Shown: one piece after another, positions 27,929-38,143 of the stretch
Layout of the letters: each line of letters starts with the position of its first letter
How positions within the stretch are numbered: position 1 is the stretch's first letter
Source: Dehalococcoidia bacterium
GTDB lineage: Bacteria; Chloroflexota; Dehalococcoidia; Lucifugimonadales; UBA3495
Assembly (NCBI GenBank): GCA_965220505.1
Contig: CBDCQE010000001.1
Span: forward strand, 1,519,144 to 1,583,143
DNA length: 64,000 bases
Direction of reading: 5' to 3'
The notes under the pieces: model-generated
The model's input: only the letters and a program-made list of their open reading frames with translations
Database searches by the model: none
What the model was told of the DNA's origin: nothing
Program-made: the position numbers and the translations under genes

Positions 27929-29356
27929 TCAACCCAGCCATGCCACCAGCGCCCCACCCGCGGCCAGGAAAATCAGGAACCCGAACACATCGGTAAACGT
28001 GGTCACGAACACCGCCGAAGATACCGCAGGATCGATGCCCAACCGCCGGAGCAGCAGGGGCACGCCAGCGCCGGCCAGGGCCGCTACGAGCAGGTTGCCT
28101 ACCATGGCGATGCCGATGGCGATGCCAAGCCCAATGCTCCCTTTCCAGACCCAGCCCAGCAGGCCGGCCAACAGCGCCAGCGCCAGGCCGTGGAGCAAAC
28201 CGAGCAAGGCTTCCCGACCCAGCAGGTGCCAGCCCTCGTTGGGTGCTACCTCGCCCAGGGCGAGCCCACGCACCACCAGTGTAACCGTTTGCGTACCTGC
28301 AATACCTCCCTGGCCCGCCACTACCGGCAAGAACACCGCCAGCATGGCAATCGCCGCGATAGTGGACTCGAATAGATTAACCACTGCCGCCGCCGCCAGC
28401 ACAGTACCCAAGTTAACCGCCAGCCAGGGCAAGCGATGGGCCACCGAAAGACGCAACGGACCGAATACCCTCTCTCCCGGCGCCGACGCGATGCGCAGCA
28501 TATCCTCGGCGGCCTCTTCCTCGCCGACGTGCAGCGCTTCTTCGGCCCGTACCACTCCCAACACCCGTTGAGCTTCGTCCACCACCGGAACGATGCTGAA
28601 CGAGTAACGGGACATAATCCGGTGCACTTCTTCCTGGTCTGTTTCCGGCGACACCGACACCAGGCGGTAGCCGTGCTGGTCGGCAATGTCCGCCACCGAC
28701 CGGGCCGGGCTCGCCAGAGCCAGTTGGGTGATGCTCACCGCCCTGACCAGCCGCCGTTCGTCGTCCAGCACGCAGACCCAGCCGAATCCCTCAGCATCCT
28801 CCCCGAACAGCCGCAGGGTATCCAGTGCGTTGCCGGCCGTAACGTTCTGCCTGACGCGGGGGAAGTCCGTGGTCATGATGCCGCCGGCGGTGTCCGGCGG
28901 GTACTGGAGCAGCGGGACCACGTCCTGGGGACGGTCCAGCTCAGCAACGATGGACGCCGCGCGCTCGTCGGGAAGCGCCTGCAAAATATCAGCTACGGTG
29001 TGGCTGTCTACGTCGTCCAGTAGGTTGGCGGCGCGCTCCGGCGACAGTTCTTCAACGATGGTAGCCGACGACGACGTGGGCGCCTCATCCAGGATGTCGG
29101 AAATTTCGCGCCGGGGCAGCAGCGTGATGAGCAGTCGGCGCTCCGCCCGGGAGACACGCTGTAGCAAAATGCCCTGGTCCGCTGCCAGCATCCGACGCAA
29201 CAGCGCGGCCGCCGTGACAACGCGGTCGCGCCCCAGCGCTTCGCGTATGCGTTGCCCCAGGGAATGCGGGTCCGGCGGGATGGCGTCGCCGCCGGTGGAC
29301 GGCGGCCCGTAACCGGGCGTTCCGGTGGGTTGAGAGTCGGGCGGGCGATTCATCAC
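27929..29356 (-). CDS. mgtE: Magnesium transporter MgtE
   Basis: YPPDTAGGIMT, CBS pair, RLPWL, GGIAGTQ, DPAVSS..FVTTFTD. Confidence 0.92.
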   Translation of the reverse strand: MMNRPPDSQPTGTPGYGPPSTGGDAIPPDPHSLGQRIREALGRDRVVTAAALLRRMLAADQGILLQRVSRAERRLLITLLPRREISDILDEAPTSSSATIVEELSPERAANLLDDVDSHTVADILQALPDERAASIVAELDRPQDVVPLLQYPPDTAGGIMTTDFPRVRQNVTAGNALDTLRLFGEDAEGFGWVCVLDDERRLVRAVSITQLALASPARSVADIADQHGYRLVSVSPETDQEEVHRIMSRYSFSIVPVVDEAQRVLGVVRAEEALHVGEEEAAEDMLRIASAPGERVFGPLRLSVAHRLPWLAVNLGTVLAAAAVVNLFESTIAAIAMLAVFLPVVAGQGGIAGTQTVTLVVRGLALGEVAPNEGWHLLGREALLGLLHGLALALLAGLLGWVWKGSIGLGIAIGIAMVGNLLVAALAGAGVPLLLRRLGIDPAVSSAVFVTTFTDVFGFLIFLAAGGALVAWLG

Positions 29357-29393
29357 GGTTCCTCGGCGACCGACACTCGTTGCGCCGGCCGGT

Positions 29394-31250
29394 CTAAATC
29401 GTTTGCTTTAATCTCACCGCCAGCGATCTGGTCAGTCCGGGAACGGCGGCGATCTCCTCGACGCTGGCGTCCTTGATGCCCTGGAGGGAGCCGAACCGGC
29501 GGAGCAACATGCGCTTCCGCTTGGGGCCAATGCCAGTGACCATGTCGATGGGCGATTTCAGGCTGCTCTTGGAGCGCAGGTTACGATGAAAGCTGATCGC
29601 GAACCGGTGAGCTTCGTCCCTGATGCGTTGCATGAGGTAGAGCGCCTGCGAATCCCGGGGCAAAACGATAGGTTCAGGAGTGTGCGGGACGAATATCTCC
29701 TCGTTCTCCTTGGCCAGGGAGCACAACGGAATCTGTTCCAGACCCAGGTGGAGCATCACCTCCTGGGCCGCCGACAGGTGACCCTTGCCGCCGTCGATAA
29801 TCACCAGGTCGGGCACCACGCCCCAGTTGTCGACCCTGCCGTCGGGATCGGGGTTGGCGATGGCCTGGCTCAGGCGTTTGAAACGCCGGGTCAGCATCTC
29901 CTTCATGCTGGCGTAGTCGTCCACCCCGTCGACGGCCTTGATCTTGAACCGCCGATAATCCCGGGTGCGGGCCTTGCCGTCATCGAATACGACCATGCTG
30001 CCCACCAGGTTGCTTCCCTGGATGTGGGAGATGTCGTAACACTCCATGCGCCGTGGAGCCGTGGGTAGGCTGAGTTCCTCCTCCAGCTCAGTCAACGCGC
30101 CCTGGATGGCGTCGGAGCGGTTCAGCCACTTGACGCGATGCTGGGCGAGGCCCTCCGAAGCGTTGGCGGCGACCACGTCCATCAGCTTCCGGTTCTCCCC
30201 GCGCTGAGGACGATAGATGCGAACCGCGCCGCCGCGGCGACTGCGCAGGAAGTCCTGCAAGAGCTGGGCGTCCTCGACAGGCGGGTCGTGCTGCACCAGG
30301 ACATTGGGGGGCACTTCAAGGGCGGTGGCGTAGAACTGCTGGACGAACTGGGCGATAATCTCGCCAGCCTCGCCATCCTGTGGACCCTCCATGAAGAAAT
30401 GATCGCGGCCGATCAGCTTGCCGTGACGGACGAAGAACACCTCTACCCAGGTTTCGTTGGCCGCAACCGACACAGCGATGGCGTCGAGGTCGGTCTGCCG
30501 GCCGGAATCCACCTTGACGGTGCGCTCCTCCTCGAATTTCTGGATGGCGGCCATCTGGTCGCGGAGGGCGGCGGCGCGCTCGAATTCCAGCTCCTCGGCC
30601 GCCGCCTCCATCTTGTCGCGAAGCTGACCCGTGACGACTTCGGTGTTCCCTTCCAGGAACAGGATCACTTGCTTGACCACCTCGGCATACTCATCCTGAC
30701 TGGCCAGGCCGGCGCAGGGGCCGACGCAGCGGTGAATGTAGTATTCCAGGCACGGACGCGGGTCGGTTCCCGTGATCCTCTTGGTGCAGGAACGGTAGGG
30801 GAACAGCTTCTTGACCAGGTCCATGGACTGGCGGACGCTGCCCGCGCTGGCAAAGGGCCCGAAATACCGCGCGCCATCTTTGTGCACGCCCCGCGTGATG
30901 TAAACGCGGGGAAAGTCCTCGGACAGGTCTACTTTGAGGTAGGGGTAGGTTTTGTCGTCCTTGAGGCGAACGTTGAAATAGGGCCGGTGGCGCTTGATGA
31001 GGGTGTTCTCAAGGATGAGCGCCTCGGCCTCGGTGTCGGTGACGATGTATTCGAAGTCGGCCAGTTCGCTGACCATGCGCCGGGTCTTGCGATCCAGGCC
31101 CGCCGGCGACCCGAAATAGGAACGAAGCCGGTTACGCAGTACGGCGGCCTTCCCGACGTAGATGACCGCTCCAGCGGCGTTCTTCATCAGGTAAACGCCG
31201 GGGCGTTCCGGCGTCACCAACAGGCGGTGGTCGAATTCCTGCCGAACCAC
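29394..31250 (-). CDS. uvrC: Excinuclease ABC subunit C
   Basis: PGVYLMK...IYVGKA, DDKTYPY, ECYDISHIQG, IDGGKG, RDEAHRFA, HhH. Confidence 0.97.
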   Translation of the reverse strand: MVRQEFDHRLLVTPERPGVYLMKNAAGAVIYVGKAAVLRNRLRSYFGSPAGLDRKTRRMVSELADFEYIVTDTEAEALILENTLIKRHRPYFNVRLKDDKTYPYLKVDLSEDFPRVYITRGVHKDGARYFGPFASAGSVRQSMDLVKKLFPYRSCTKRITGTDPRPCLEYYIHRCVGPCAGLASQDEYAEVVKQVILFLEGNTEVVTGQLRDKMEAAAEELEFERAAALRDQMAAIQKFEEERTVKVDSGRQTDLDAIAVSVAANETWVEVFFVRHGKLIGRDHFFMEGPQDGEAGEIIAQFVQQFYATALEVPPNVLVQHDPPVEDAQLLQDFLRSRRGGAVRIYRPQRGENRKLMDVVAANASEGLAQHRVKWLNRSDAIQGALTELEEELSLPTAPRRMECYDISHIQGSNLVGSMVVFDDGKARTRDYRRFKIKAVDGVDDYASMKEMLTRRFKRLSQAIANPDPDGRVDNWGVVPDLVIIDGGKGHLSAAQEVMLHLGLEQIPLCSLAKENEEIFVPHTPEPIVLPRDSQALYLMQRIRDEAHRFAISFHRNLRSKSSLKSPIDMVTGIGPKRKRMLLRRFGSLQGIKDASVEEIAAVPGLTRSLAVRLKQTI

Positions 31251-31277
31251 GATCCGGTCCCCGCCTCATGCGCGGGC

Positions 31278-31622
31278 CTACAGCACGAAGGAAACGGCGA
31301 CGAGCACAACCACCAGCACGCCGGAGAAGATGCCGATGCGCCGCAGTTCCGAACCAACGTGGTTGTATGCGGCCGGGCGGTCGAACCGTCGGCCCCGGGG
31401 CACGGAAGCCGGCCGGCCAACGGCAGTTGTGGCCCGAGATTGGGCCGGGGCCGTCGCGGTAGCAGCAGAAACCCGACGTTCCGGTTCGGCTTCAGCCACA
31501 GCGGACGTTGCCGGGGAGGCGGCAGCAGGATTTCGCACCGGAGCCGCGCGGTTCGCGCCGCCACGACGGCGACGCAGGTTGTTCTGTCGGGCCGCCACCC
31601 GTTTGCCTTTGCTCGGCATCAC
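31278..31622 (-). CDS. Hypothetical protein with basic N-terminus and C-terminal TM helix
   Basis: GGAGG RBS; ends ELRRIGIFSGVLVVVLVAVSFVL. Confidence 0.6.
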   Translation of the reverse strand: MMPSKGKRVAARQNNLRRRRGGANRAAPVRNPAAASPATSAVAEAEPERRVSAATATAPAQSRATTAVGRPASVPRGRRFDRPAAYNHVGSELRRIGIFSGVLVVVLVAVSFVL

Positions 31623-31812
31623 CCACCTCCTGGCGCCACGACCCGGCTATTGGCGTCGTCGGCGCAGCATTTATCTTGATGTTATACGACCCAACCGTCG
31701 CGGATCGGATCGCGCTTGAATCCATAATACCAGCATGGACTCGGTGCGCGATCCGTCACCGACCGCGACTTATGTCAATTAACCGTCGGTCGCCAGCGCT
31801 CCGCAGAATACG

Positions 31813-32412
31813 TCACCCCACCGAGATACCCAGCTCAGCCTGCATGTCGGCGACGGCCTGGTTGCGGGTCTTTCGCTGCCACTGGGGACGGGCGTTGATG
31901 GGCTCGTTGATGATTTCGGGGTCGATTTTCAGGGCGACGAACACCGGGCCCGGCCGGCTCAGAATCTCTTCGATCTGGCTGGCGAAGTCCTCCAGGTTGT
32001 CAATAGCATAGGTGGACGGATAGCCACATCCCTGGGCGACCACGTCATATTCCATCTGCTCGGCGTTGGGAACGGGCTGGCCGCCGGTGGTGGCGTATAC
32101 GCCGTTGTCCAGCATGAAATGGTAGAGGTTGGACGGCGCTTTCTCCGCAATGGTGGGCAGGGCGCCCATTCCCATCAGCACGTCCCCTTCGGAATCGAAC
32201 AGCACCACGCGCTGGTCCGGAATGGCCAGGGCCAAGCCGAGGGCAAAAGAGGCGTGGCCGCCCATGGCGGGGTCGCCCAGGGGAAGGTCCCGATCGGGCT
32301 GATCGCTCAACTCGACCCAGAACCGCCCGCCACGCCCGGGTATTACCACCGCGTCGCCGCGATGCTTGTTGAAGATTTCCAGCATTTCCGCCGTTTTCAT
32401 CATGGTGGTCAC
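31813..32412 (-). CDS. TPP-binding subunit, sulfopyruvate/phosphonopyruvate decarboxylase beta-like (ComE-like)
   Basis: AMGGHASFALGLAL, SEGDVLM, DNGVYATTGGQP. Confidence 0.8.
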   Translation of the reverse strand: MTTMMKTAEMLEIFNKHRGDAVVIPGRGGRFWVELSDQPDRDLPLGDPAMGGHASFALGLALAIPDQRVVLFDSEGDVLMGMGALPTIAEKAPSNLYHFMLDNGVYATTGGQPVPNAEQMEYDVVAQGCGYPSTYAIDNLEDFASQIEEILSRPGPVFVALKIDPEIINEPINARPQWQRKTRNQAVADMQAELGISVG

Positions 32413-32430
32413 TTCCGTTATCTGCGTTGA

Positions 32431-32940
32431 TCAGCGGCTGACGTTGAAGCCGTGGTACTCGTCGCCGACGAGAACGGCCACGGGACGCTTCTCCCGTTGT
32501 GCCTCGGCAAAGGCGATGGAGATGCGGTCGGCGTCCTCATCAGACTCCACGAGGTAGTAGTTGATGTTGAACGCATGAAGGAAGCGTTCGGTGTAGAAAG
32601 CGGCGGTGTCATTGATGACCCCGTGGCGCGTCCAGCCACGATACCCGACCATCATCACCACGGGGACGTTCATGCCCAATCCCCATCCTCGCAGGGAGTC
32701 GCCGGACTCCATCATTCCGGTGTTCTGAATCAGGATCACCGGCTTCTTGCCGCCGGCAGCGAGGCCTGCCGCCGTTGAAAAGGCGTGTCCCTCACGGCTC
32801 ACGGGCACCAGGTCCAGGCTGGGTTCCTCGCTCATCAACACGTAGAGGAAGTTGGTCTCGCTGTCAGGGAGCCATACCACGTGAGTGGCTCCGTTCTTCT
32901 TCAACTCCGCCAGGATGCGGGCTGGACTCAATTCGGCCAT
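32431..32940 (-). CDS. TPP-enzyme N-terminal subunit, sulfopyruvate decarboxylase alpha-like (ComD-like)
   Basis: HVVWLPDS, VPVSREG, ILIQNTG, MMVGYRG. Confidence 0.8.
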   Translation of the reverse strand: MAELSPARILAELKKNGATHVVWLPDSETNFLYVLMSEEPSLDLVPVSREGHAFSTAAGLAAGGKKPVILIQNTGMMESGDSLRGWGLGMNVPVVMMVGYRGWTRHGVINDTAAFYTERFLHAFNINYYLVESDEDADRISIAFAEAQREKRPVAVLVGDEYHGFNVSR

Positions 32941-33104
32941 AGGTGGTACCTGCCTGGAAATGTTTGGGGCAAACGGGAGCGCCGGGTTGCCGCAGTCAGG
33001 TATACCCGGCGCGTGATTATGCGTCAACCGGGCGCGCCGGCAACGCCTGATATTGAAATGTTCGGCGTTGGGAAACGACCTGCAGGGTCGGCGCAGCCAC
33101 CCGG

Positions 33105-34028
33105 CTAATCGTCGGCTGCGACCGCCGGCTCGGCCAGGCGGTTGTCCACAAGATCCGCGCTGCAAGCAGCGCCGTCCAGCAGACCCCAGCGTACCATCCA
33201 GTGGTAGGTGTCCTCCACAATCTCGTCGGTGTAAGGCGTGTTGTAGGAGTAACGCAAACGGGGAAGATGGAAGTCCTCTGGCGTGATGCCGCCGAAGCGG
33301 CCGGCCACCGCAGCGAACCGCGGCTCGTCAATGAGATACCGGAGGTACCTGCGCTTGTCGGCGTTGATCCGGTCCACCGCTTTCGCAACAGCCCGGTTGA
33401 TGGCCGCGAAAGTTGCCTCGTCCATGTTGTCGCTGGCGTTTTCGGCGCCCAGATAATGGCCCTCGCAGACCGGCCGGCAACCCAGCTTTTCGGCGAGGGT
33501 GATCCAGGGTTCCATGAGGGCGGCGGCCGCGACTTCGCCGTTCATCAGGGCCTCAAACCGGAACTGCGGAGACCCATAATGAACCAGCTTGATCTTCTCC
33601 TCGGGCAGATAACCCGACAGGAGCCGAAGCGCCACGTAGTGGGATCCGGCGTGGAACTGAACCGCCACCGGTTGGTTGCCCAACGTCCCGGGGTAGTAAT
33701 GGGGCGAATCAGGGTGCACCAGGATGGCCTGGGTGGCGACTGCCGAACGGAGGGCGATGATGCGGGCGCCCTGTTTGCTTTCATAGGCCCGACGGACCTG
33801 ACCTTCCTCTCAAGCGCGGTAGATCGATACCTGGGCATCCTCAAACGCCACGTGGCCAAGGATCGGGTTCACTTCTTCCGGATTCTCGGTGGGGGTAACT
33901 CTGCCGCTGTTCAGCGCGGTGACGAATTCCATGTCGATGCCTTCGGCTTCGAACAGTCCCTCGTCACGGGCGACCAGCCAGGGCAGGCTGAATACCACGC
34001 CACTGATTTCGCTGACGACTTTCTTCAT
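33105..34028 (-). CDS. NitT/TauT/NMT1-like PBP2-fold protein read through an in-frame TGA (putative selenoprotein, 307 aa)
   Basis: MKKVVSE...LPWLVARDEGLFEAEGI...IYRA-TGA(33810-33812)-EEGQVRRA continues in frame into VHPDSP...AAALMEPWI; no signal peptide; hairpin after the TGA. Confidence 0.8.
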
Positions 34029-34294
34029 TGCTGACGCTCCTGAGCGTGAAACGGGAAGTGCGCGGAAGTTTAGCAAAGTCGCCCCCCTGCGTCCATTTGA
34101 GACGCCTTCTACGCCGGTACCGCCCACTAACCAAACCAGTCTGAGACTGGAGTGCGGGAGAGAGGCCCCGGGCCCGCGCACAGGTCCCACACGCGGAGCC
34201 GGCCAGCGTCCCGGCGTGCGCCCTATGCTATACTCGCGCCAAACGAGACAGCCTGCAAATTGGGGCTGAAATTAGCCCTGTAGAGGTGTTTACT

Positions 34295-35485
34295 ATGCAG
34301 TGGGCTTCTGCGCTATCTCAACAGAACAGCCTGCGCGCCGCCCTTTCCGAATGCGCGGCTTCCATCCGCACGAACATGGGCGACACGGCGGCAGACCTGG
34401 CAGTGGTCTTCGCGTCTTCGGAGTATTCCTCGGACTACGCCAACCTTCCCGAGCTGGTTGCCGAACTGCTGGGGCACCAGGCTCTGGTGCTGGGTTGCTC
34501 CGGCGGCGGCATCATCGGCGGCGGCAGCGAGGTCGAGCAGGAACCCGCCGTTTCCGTGACGGCCGCCAGCCTGCCCGGGGTCAACATTCACCCCATCCGG
34601 CTGGAAAGCGACAACCTCCCCAGTCTGGACGCGGCGCCGGACGATTGGCACACCGCCCTGGGGGTCGACCCGGGGGACCAGCCACAGTTCGTCCTGCTGG
34701 CCGATCCGATGTCGTTCCCGGCGCAGAACCTTTTGCTGGGACTGGACTACGCCTACCCCGCCGCCGCCAAGATTGGCGGGTTGGCCAGCGCTGCCCAGGG
34801 GGCTCGCCAAAACGGCCTGTTCCTGGGGCGCGATTACCACGATTCCGGAGCCGTCGGCGTCGCGCTAACGGGCAACATCGTTGTTGAAACCGTGGTAGCC
34901 CAGGGATGCCGGCCCATTGGGTCGCCGATGCACATCACCCGCAGCGACCGCAATTTCCTCGTCGAGCTCGACGGCCAGCCGCCGCTGAACGTGCTCCGAT
35001 CCTTGTTCCAGGGAGCCGAGCAACGCGACCGCGACCTGATGCAGCACTCCCTGTTCCTGGGCGTGGTCATGGATGCGCTGATCGACGAGCCCCAGCAAGG
35101 CGATTTCCTGATCCGCAACGTGATGGGCATGGACCAGCGGAGCGGGGTCCTCGCCATCGGCGAAATGCTGAAGGAAGGTCAACTGGTCCAGTTTCACCTG
35201 CGGGACGCGGAAACCTCCGCGGATGATCTGTCGGCGGTGTTGGAACGCTACGCGGTGGACAACCGGGAGAACCCGGCCCACGGTGCGTTGCTATTTTCGT
35301 GCCTGGGGAGGGGCAAATACCTCTATGGCCGATCCAATCATGACACCGAGGTGTTCCACGAAAAGGTTGGCGCCGCAGTGCCGTTGGGCGGTTTCTTCTG
35401 CAACGGAGAAATCGGGCCGGTGAGCGGGACCACGTTCCTCCACGGATACACCAGCAGTTTCGGCATTTTCCGTCCACGCGCGTAG
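34295..35485 (+). CDS. FIST N/C domain protein
   Basis: GCSGGGIIG, IGGLAS, VAQGCRPIG, FLIRNV.G, QFHLRD, FSCLGRG, GFFCNGEIGP. Confidence 0.92.
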   Translation: MQWASALSQQNSLRAALSECAASIRTNMGDTAADLAVVFASSEYSSDYANLPELVAELLGHQALVLGCSGGGIIGGGSEVEQEPAVSVTAASLPGVNIHPIRLESDNLPSLDAAPDDWHTALGVDPGDQPQFVLLADPMSFPAQNLLLGLDYAYPAAAKIGGLASAAQGARQNGLFLGRDYHDSGAVGVALTGNIVVETVVAQGCRPIGSPMHITRSDRNFLVELDGQPPLNVLRSLFQGAEQRDRDLMQHSLFLGVVMDALIDEPQQGDFLIRNVMGMDQRSGVLAIGEMLKEGQLVQFHLRDAETSADDLSAVLERYAVDNRENPAHGALLFSCLGRGKYLYGRSNHDTEVFHEKVGAAVPLGGFFCNGEIGPVSGTTFLHGYTSSFGIFRPRA

Positions 35486-35497
35486 GAGATCAGGGCG

Positions 35498-36637
35498 ATG
35501 GCGGCAACCATCAAGGCCGGGATATCAGCGTCGCTGACCGGCCAGTTTGCTACGCAAGGCCAGCAGGCGCTGGTCGGCCTCTCTGCGTGGGTTGATCATG
35601 TCAACCAGCAGGGCGGCCTCACCGTGGGAGGAGAAAAACGTCCGGTTACGCTGGTTAGATACGACGACGGCAGTACGGCGGAAGCGACACGCCGGGCCAC
35701 GGAACAACTGATCACGGGCGACCAGGTTGACCTGCTGTTCGGGCCGTACTCTGCGGGTCTTACCACGGCGGCCGCAGAAGTCGCCGAGACCCACGGCAAG
35801 GTGGTGTGGAACCAGGGCGGAGCCGGCGACGCGCATTACGCCCGGGGGTTTCGCAAGGTGATCAGCGTGCTGACTCCGGCCGACCAGTACCTGGTCGGAG
35901 CGCCGGCGTTGGTCCGCCAGGTGAACCCCGAGGCCAACCGGCTGGTTATACTGCGGATCGACACGGGCGCTTTCGCCAGGCTCGTGGCTCGCGGTGCGGA
36001 ATCAGCGGCTCACGAGTTGGGGTTCACCACGGTGCTGGATCTGCGTTACCGGCCGACGCAGGTCAATTTCACCGAGATCGCCCGCCACGTGGCCGAACAG
36101 GAACCGGACCTCGTGGTTACCGTGGGGCGCATCCGTCACGACATTGGGACGGCCCGGGCGCTGGCCCGGCTCCCGAACCGCAACAACATCGGTTTGGCCG
36201 CCGTTATCGCGACCCCCATCGCCGGATTTGAAGAACTGCTGGGCGAAGCGGCCGACGGGTTCGTGGGTCCGAGCCAATGGGAACCGGCATTCAGCATACC
36301 AACGCCCGACGTGGGGCCCGGCGCTGCCGAAGCGCTGCGGATACTGAACGACGCGGCCGAGGCAGCAGACGTAGCAATCGACTACCCGATGGCGCAAGCC
36401 ATGGCGGCCGGCCTGGTCGCCGAGCGCTGCGTCGCGCTGGCGGGCGACCTGGACGACGATGCGGTCCTGGACGCGGCGGTGAACGCGGACTTCACGACGT
36501 TCTACGGGCGCTTCAAGATTGACGAGTCGGGCCGCCAGATCGGCAGGTCGGTTGCGCTCATCCAACGCCAGAACGGCCGCAAAGTGGTGGTATGGCCGCA
36601 GGAGTTAGCCGAAGGGGAACTGCAGTACCCGTTCTGA
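35498..36637 (+). CDS. Branched-chain amino acid ABC substrate-binding-like (PBP1) protein
   Basis: IKAGISASLTG, RYDDGS, LLFGPYSAG, TFYGRFKID, VVVWP; no signal peptide visible. Confidence 0.85.
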   Translation: MAATIKAGISASLTGQFATQGQQALVGLSAWVDHVNQQGGLTVGGEKRPVTLVRYDDGSTAEATRRATEQLITGDQVDLLFGPYSAGLTTAAAEVAETHGKVVWNQGGAGDAHYARGFRKVISVLTPADQYLVGAPALVRQVNPEANRLVILRIDTGAFARLVARGAESAAHELGFTTVLDLRYRPTQVNFTEIARHVAEQEPDLVVTVGRIRHDIGTARALARLPNRNNIGLAAVIATPIAGFEELLGEAADGFVGPSQWEPAFSIPTPDVGPGAAEALRILNDAAEAADVAIDYPMAQAMAAGLVAERCVALAGDLDDDAVLDAAVNADFTTFYGRFKIDESGRQIGRSVALIQRQNGRKVVVWPQELAEGELQYPF

Positions 36638-36646
36638 ACTGACGAA

Positions 36647-36674
36647 GCCGCCGGGACGAGTGTATCCCGGCGGC
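36647..36674. terminator. Hairpin between convergent genes
   Basis: GCCGCCGGGA-N8-TCCCGGCGGC. Confidence 0.55.
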
Positions 36675-36700
36675 CATTTGCTGCAGAGGGATTGCGTCGG

Positions 36701-37090
36701 CTAGTCAGGGCGCTGGATGATCTCCAGGCTGACCTTGTCGGGCGCCTCCACGAACATCACCTGGGAGCCGGACGGCATGGTCCACGGCTCGCAAATGATA
36801 TTGGCGCCGGTGGACTTGAACCGTTCGAAGGCCTCCTGAATATTGTCGGTCTGGAAGCCGAAATGGTCCAGGCCAAAGCGCGGGTGGGTGGACCCGGGCA
36901 CGGCGTTCTCGCCCTCGGCTTCTCCGGATACGGTGAGCAGAGGCTGACCGTTCAGCTCCAGGGTGTGGGAGATCGTGTTGGACAGCGGACGCGTGGAAAC
37001 GATCTCCGCGCCGAAGTTGTCAACGTAGAACTTGGCTGCGTTGTCGGGGTCTTCGCTCCGCAGGTGCAGGTGGTTACAAACAAAAGCCAT
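36701..37090 (-). CDS. VOC/glyoxalase family protein
   Basis: NHLHLRS.DP..AAKFY, GLDHFGF, APDKVSLEI. Confidence 0.88.
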   Translation of the reverse strand: MAFVCNHLHLRSEDPDNAAKFYVDNFGAEIVSTRPLSNTISHTLELNGQPLLTVSGEAEGENAVPGSTHPRFGLDHFGFQTDNIQEAFERFKSTGANIICEPWTMPSGSQVMFVEAPDKVSLEIIQRPD

Positions 37091-37139
37091 GATCGCTTTC
37101 CTCCTTGATTAGTGGTAACCGAAAATCCCAGCGGGCCGA

Positions 37140-37994
37140 CTACTTCAAGTAATCAGCGATCTGCTGGTCGTAATCGTCCTTTCGCGTGACTTGGGCGATC
37201 AGTTCCGGCGAGGCGCACTGGTCGCGCAGATCGCCAGGTGCGACGCCGTCACGCAAAGCCTTCAGCGTGTCGTACACCGCCTTGATCGAAGCCTGGAAGG
37301 ACAGGTGCCCCTGCAGGGCCACGCGCACACCGTTCTCGCCGAGCCATGCCTTGTCGGAGAGCTCGCCACCGGCTCCGCCCAGAAGCAGTGGTATGTTCAA
37401 CTCAGCGTTGACGGCCTCGACCTGGGCCTTGGTGCTCGCGCCGGCCAGGAAGATGGCATCAACGCCGGCGGCTTCGTAGGCCTTCACGCGACGGATGCAC
37501 TCGTCGAGTCCTTCACTCAGGCTGCTGGTGCGACCGGCAACCACCAGGTTGGGGTCGGTGCGCCCGGACAGGCCGGCCTTCATCTTGCCCACGCCCTCTT
37601 CGAGGGAAATGTACCGTGGACCATCGCCAAACTGCATGGGCAGCACGGTGTCCTCGATGGTCAATGCCGCGACACCGGAAGCTTCCAACTCTTCGACGGT
37701 ACGTTTCACGCTGAGGGCGTTGCCATAGCCATGGTCGGCGTCCACCATCAAGGGCAGTTGGCCGGCGCGACAGATGCGGTAGATCTGCTGGGCGAATTCG
37801 CTGAGGGTAAGCACGACGTAGTCGGGGGCGCCCAGCACCGTCCCGCTGGCAATGGAGCCGGCAAACATACCGACTTCGAAGCCCAAGTCCTCCGCGATAC
37901 GGGCGGAAATCGGGTCAAACACGGAGCCGGGATGTACGCAAACATCGCCGGCCAGAACGGCTCGATACCGCTCCCGTCGCTTGGTGTAGTCCAT
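37140..37994 (-). CDS. Isocitrate lyase/PEP mutase family, oxaloacetate decarboxylase-like
   Basis: SVFDPISARIAEDLGFE, DADHGYGNAL, TIEDTVLP..FG, GRT. Confidence 0.88.
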   Translation of the reverse strand: MDYTKRRERYRAVLAGDVCVHPGSVFDPISARIAEDLGFEVGMFAGSIASGTVLGAPDYVVLTLSEFAQQIYRICRAGQLPLMVDADHGYGNALSVKRTVEELEASGVAALTIEDTVLPMQFGDGPRYISLEEGVGKMKAGLSGRTDPNLVVAGRTSSLSEGLDECIRRVKAYEAAGVDAIFLAGASTKAQVEAVNAELNIPLLLGGAGGELSDKAWLGENGVRVALQGHLSFQASIKAVYDTLKALRDGVAPGDLRDQCASPELIAQVTRKDDYDQQIADYLK

Positions 37995-38143
37995 ACGCTT
38001 TTGGCTCCTTTGGTTGCGTCGTTCGGCGGTATGCTACCATCCGTCCCGTGTATTCTAACCAATTCGTGCGGGGGCGCAACCTGCGGGCTGTGCTGCACCG
38101 AGCCGGCAGCATCGGCCGGCGATAGCACGGCGCCAGCGATACT

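Noticed and set aside
32941-33104. Possible TPP riboswitch upstream of the TPP-enzyme genes
   Set aside because: No CUGAGA or CCUGAU core found; only a weak promoter-like TTGACG-17-TATACC on the minus strand
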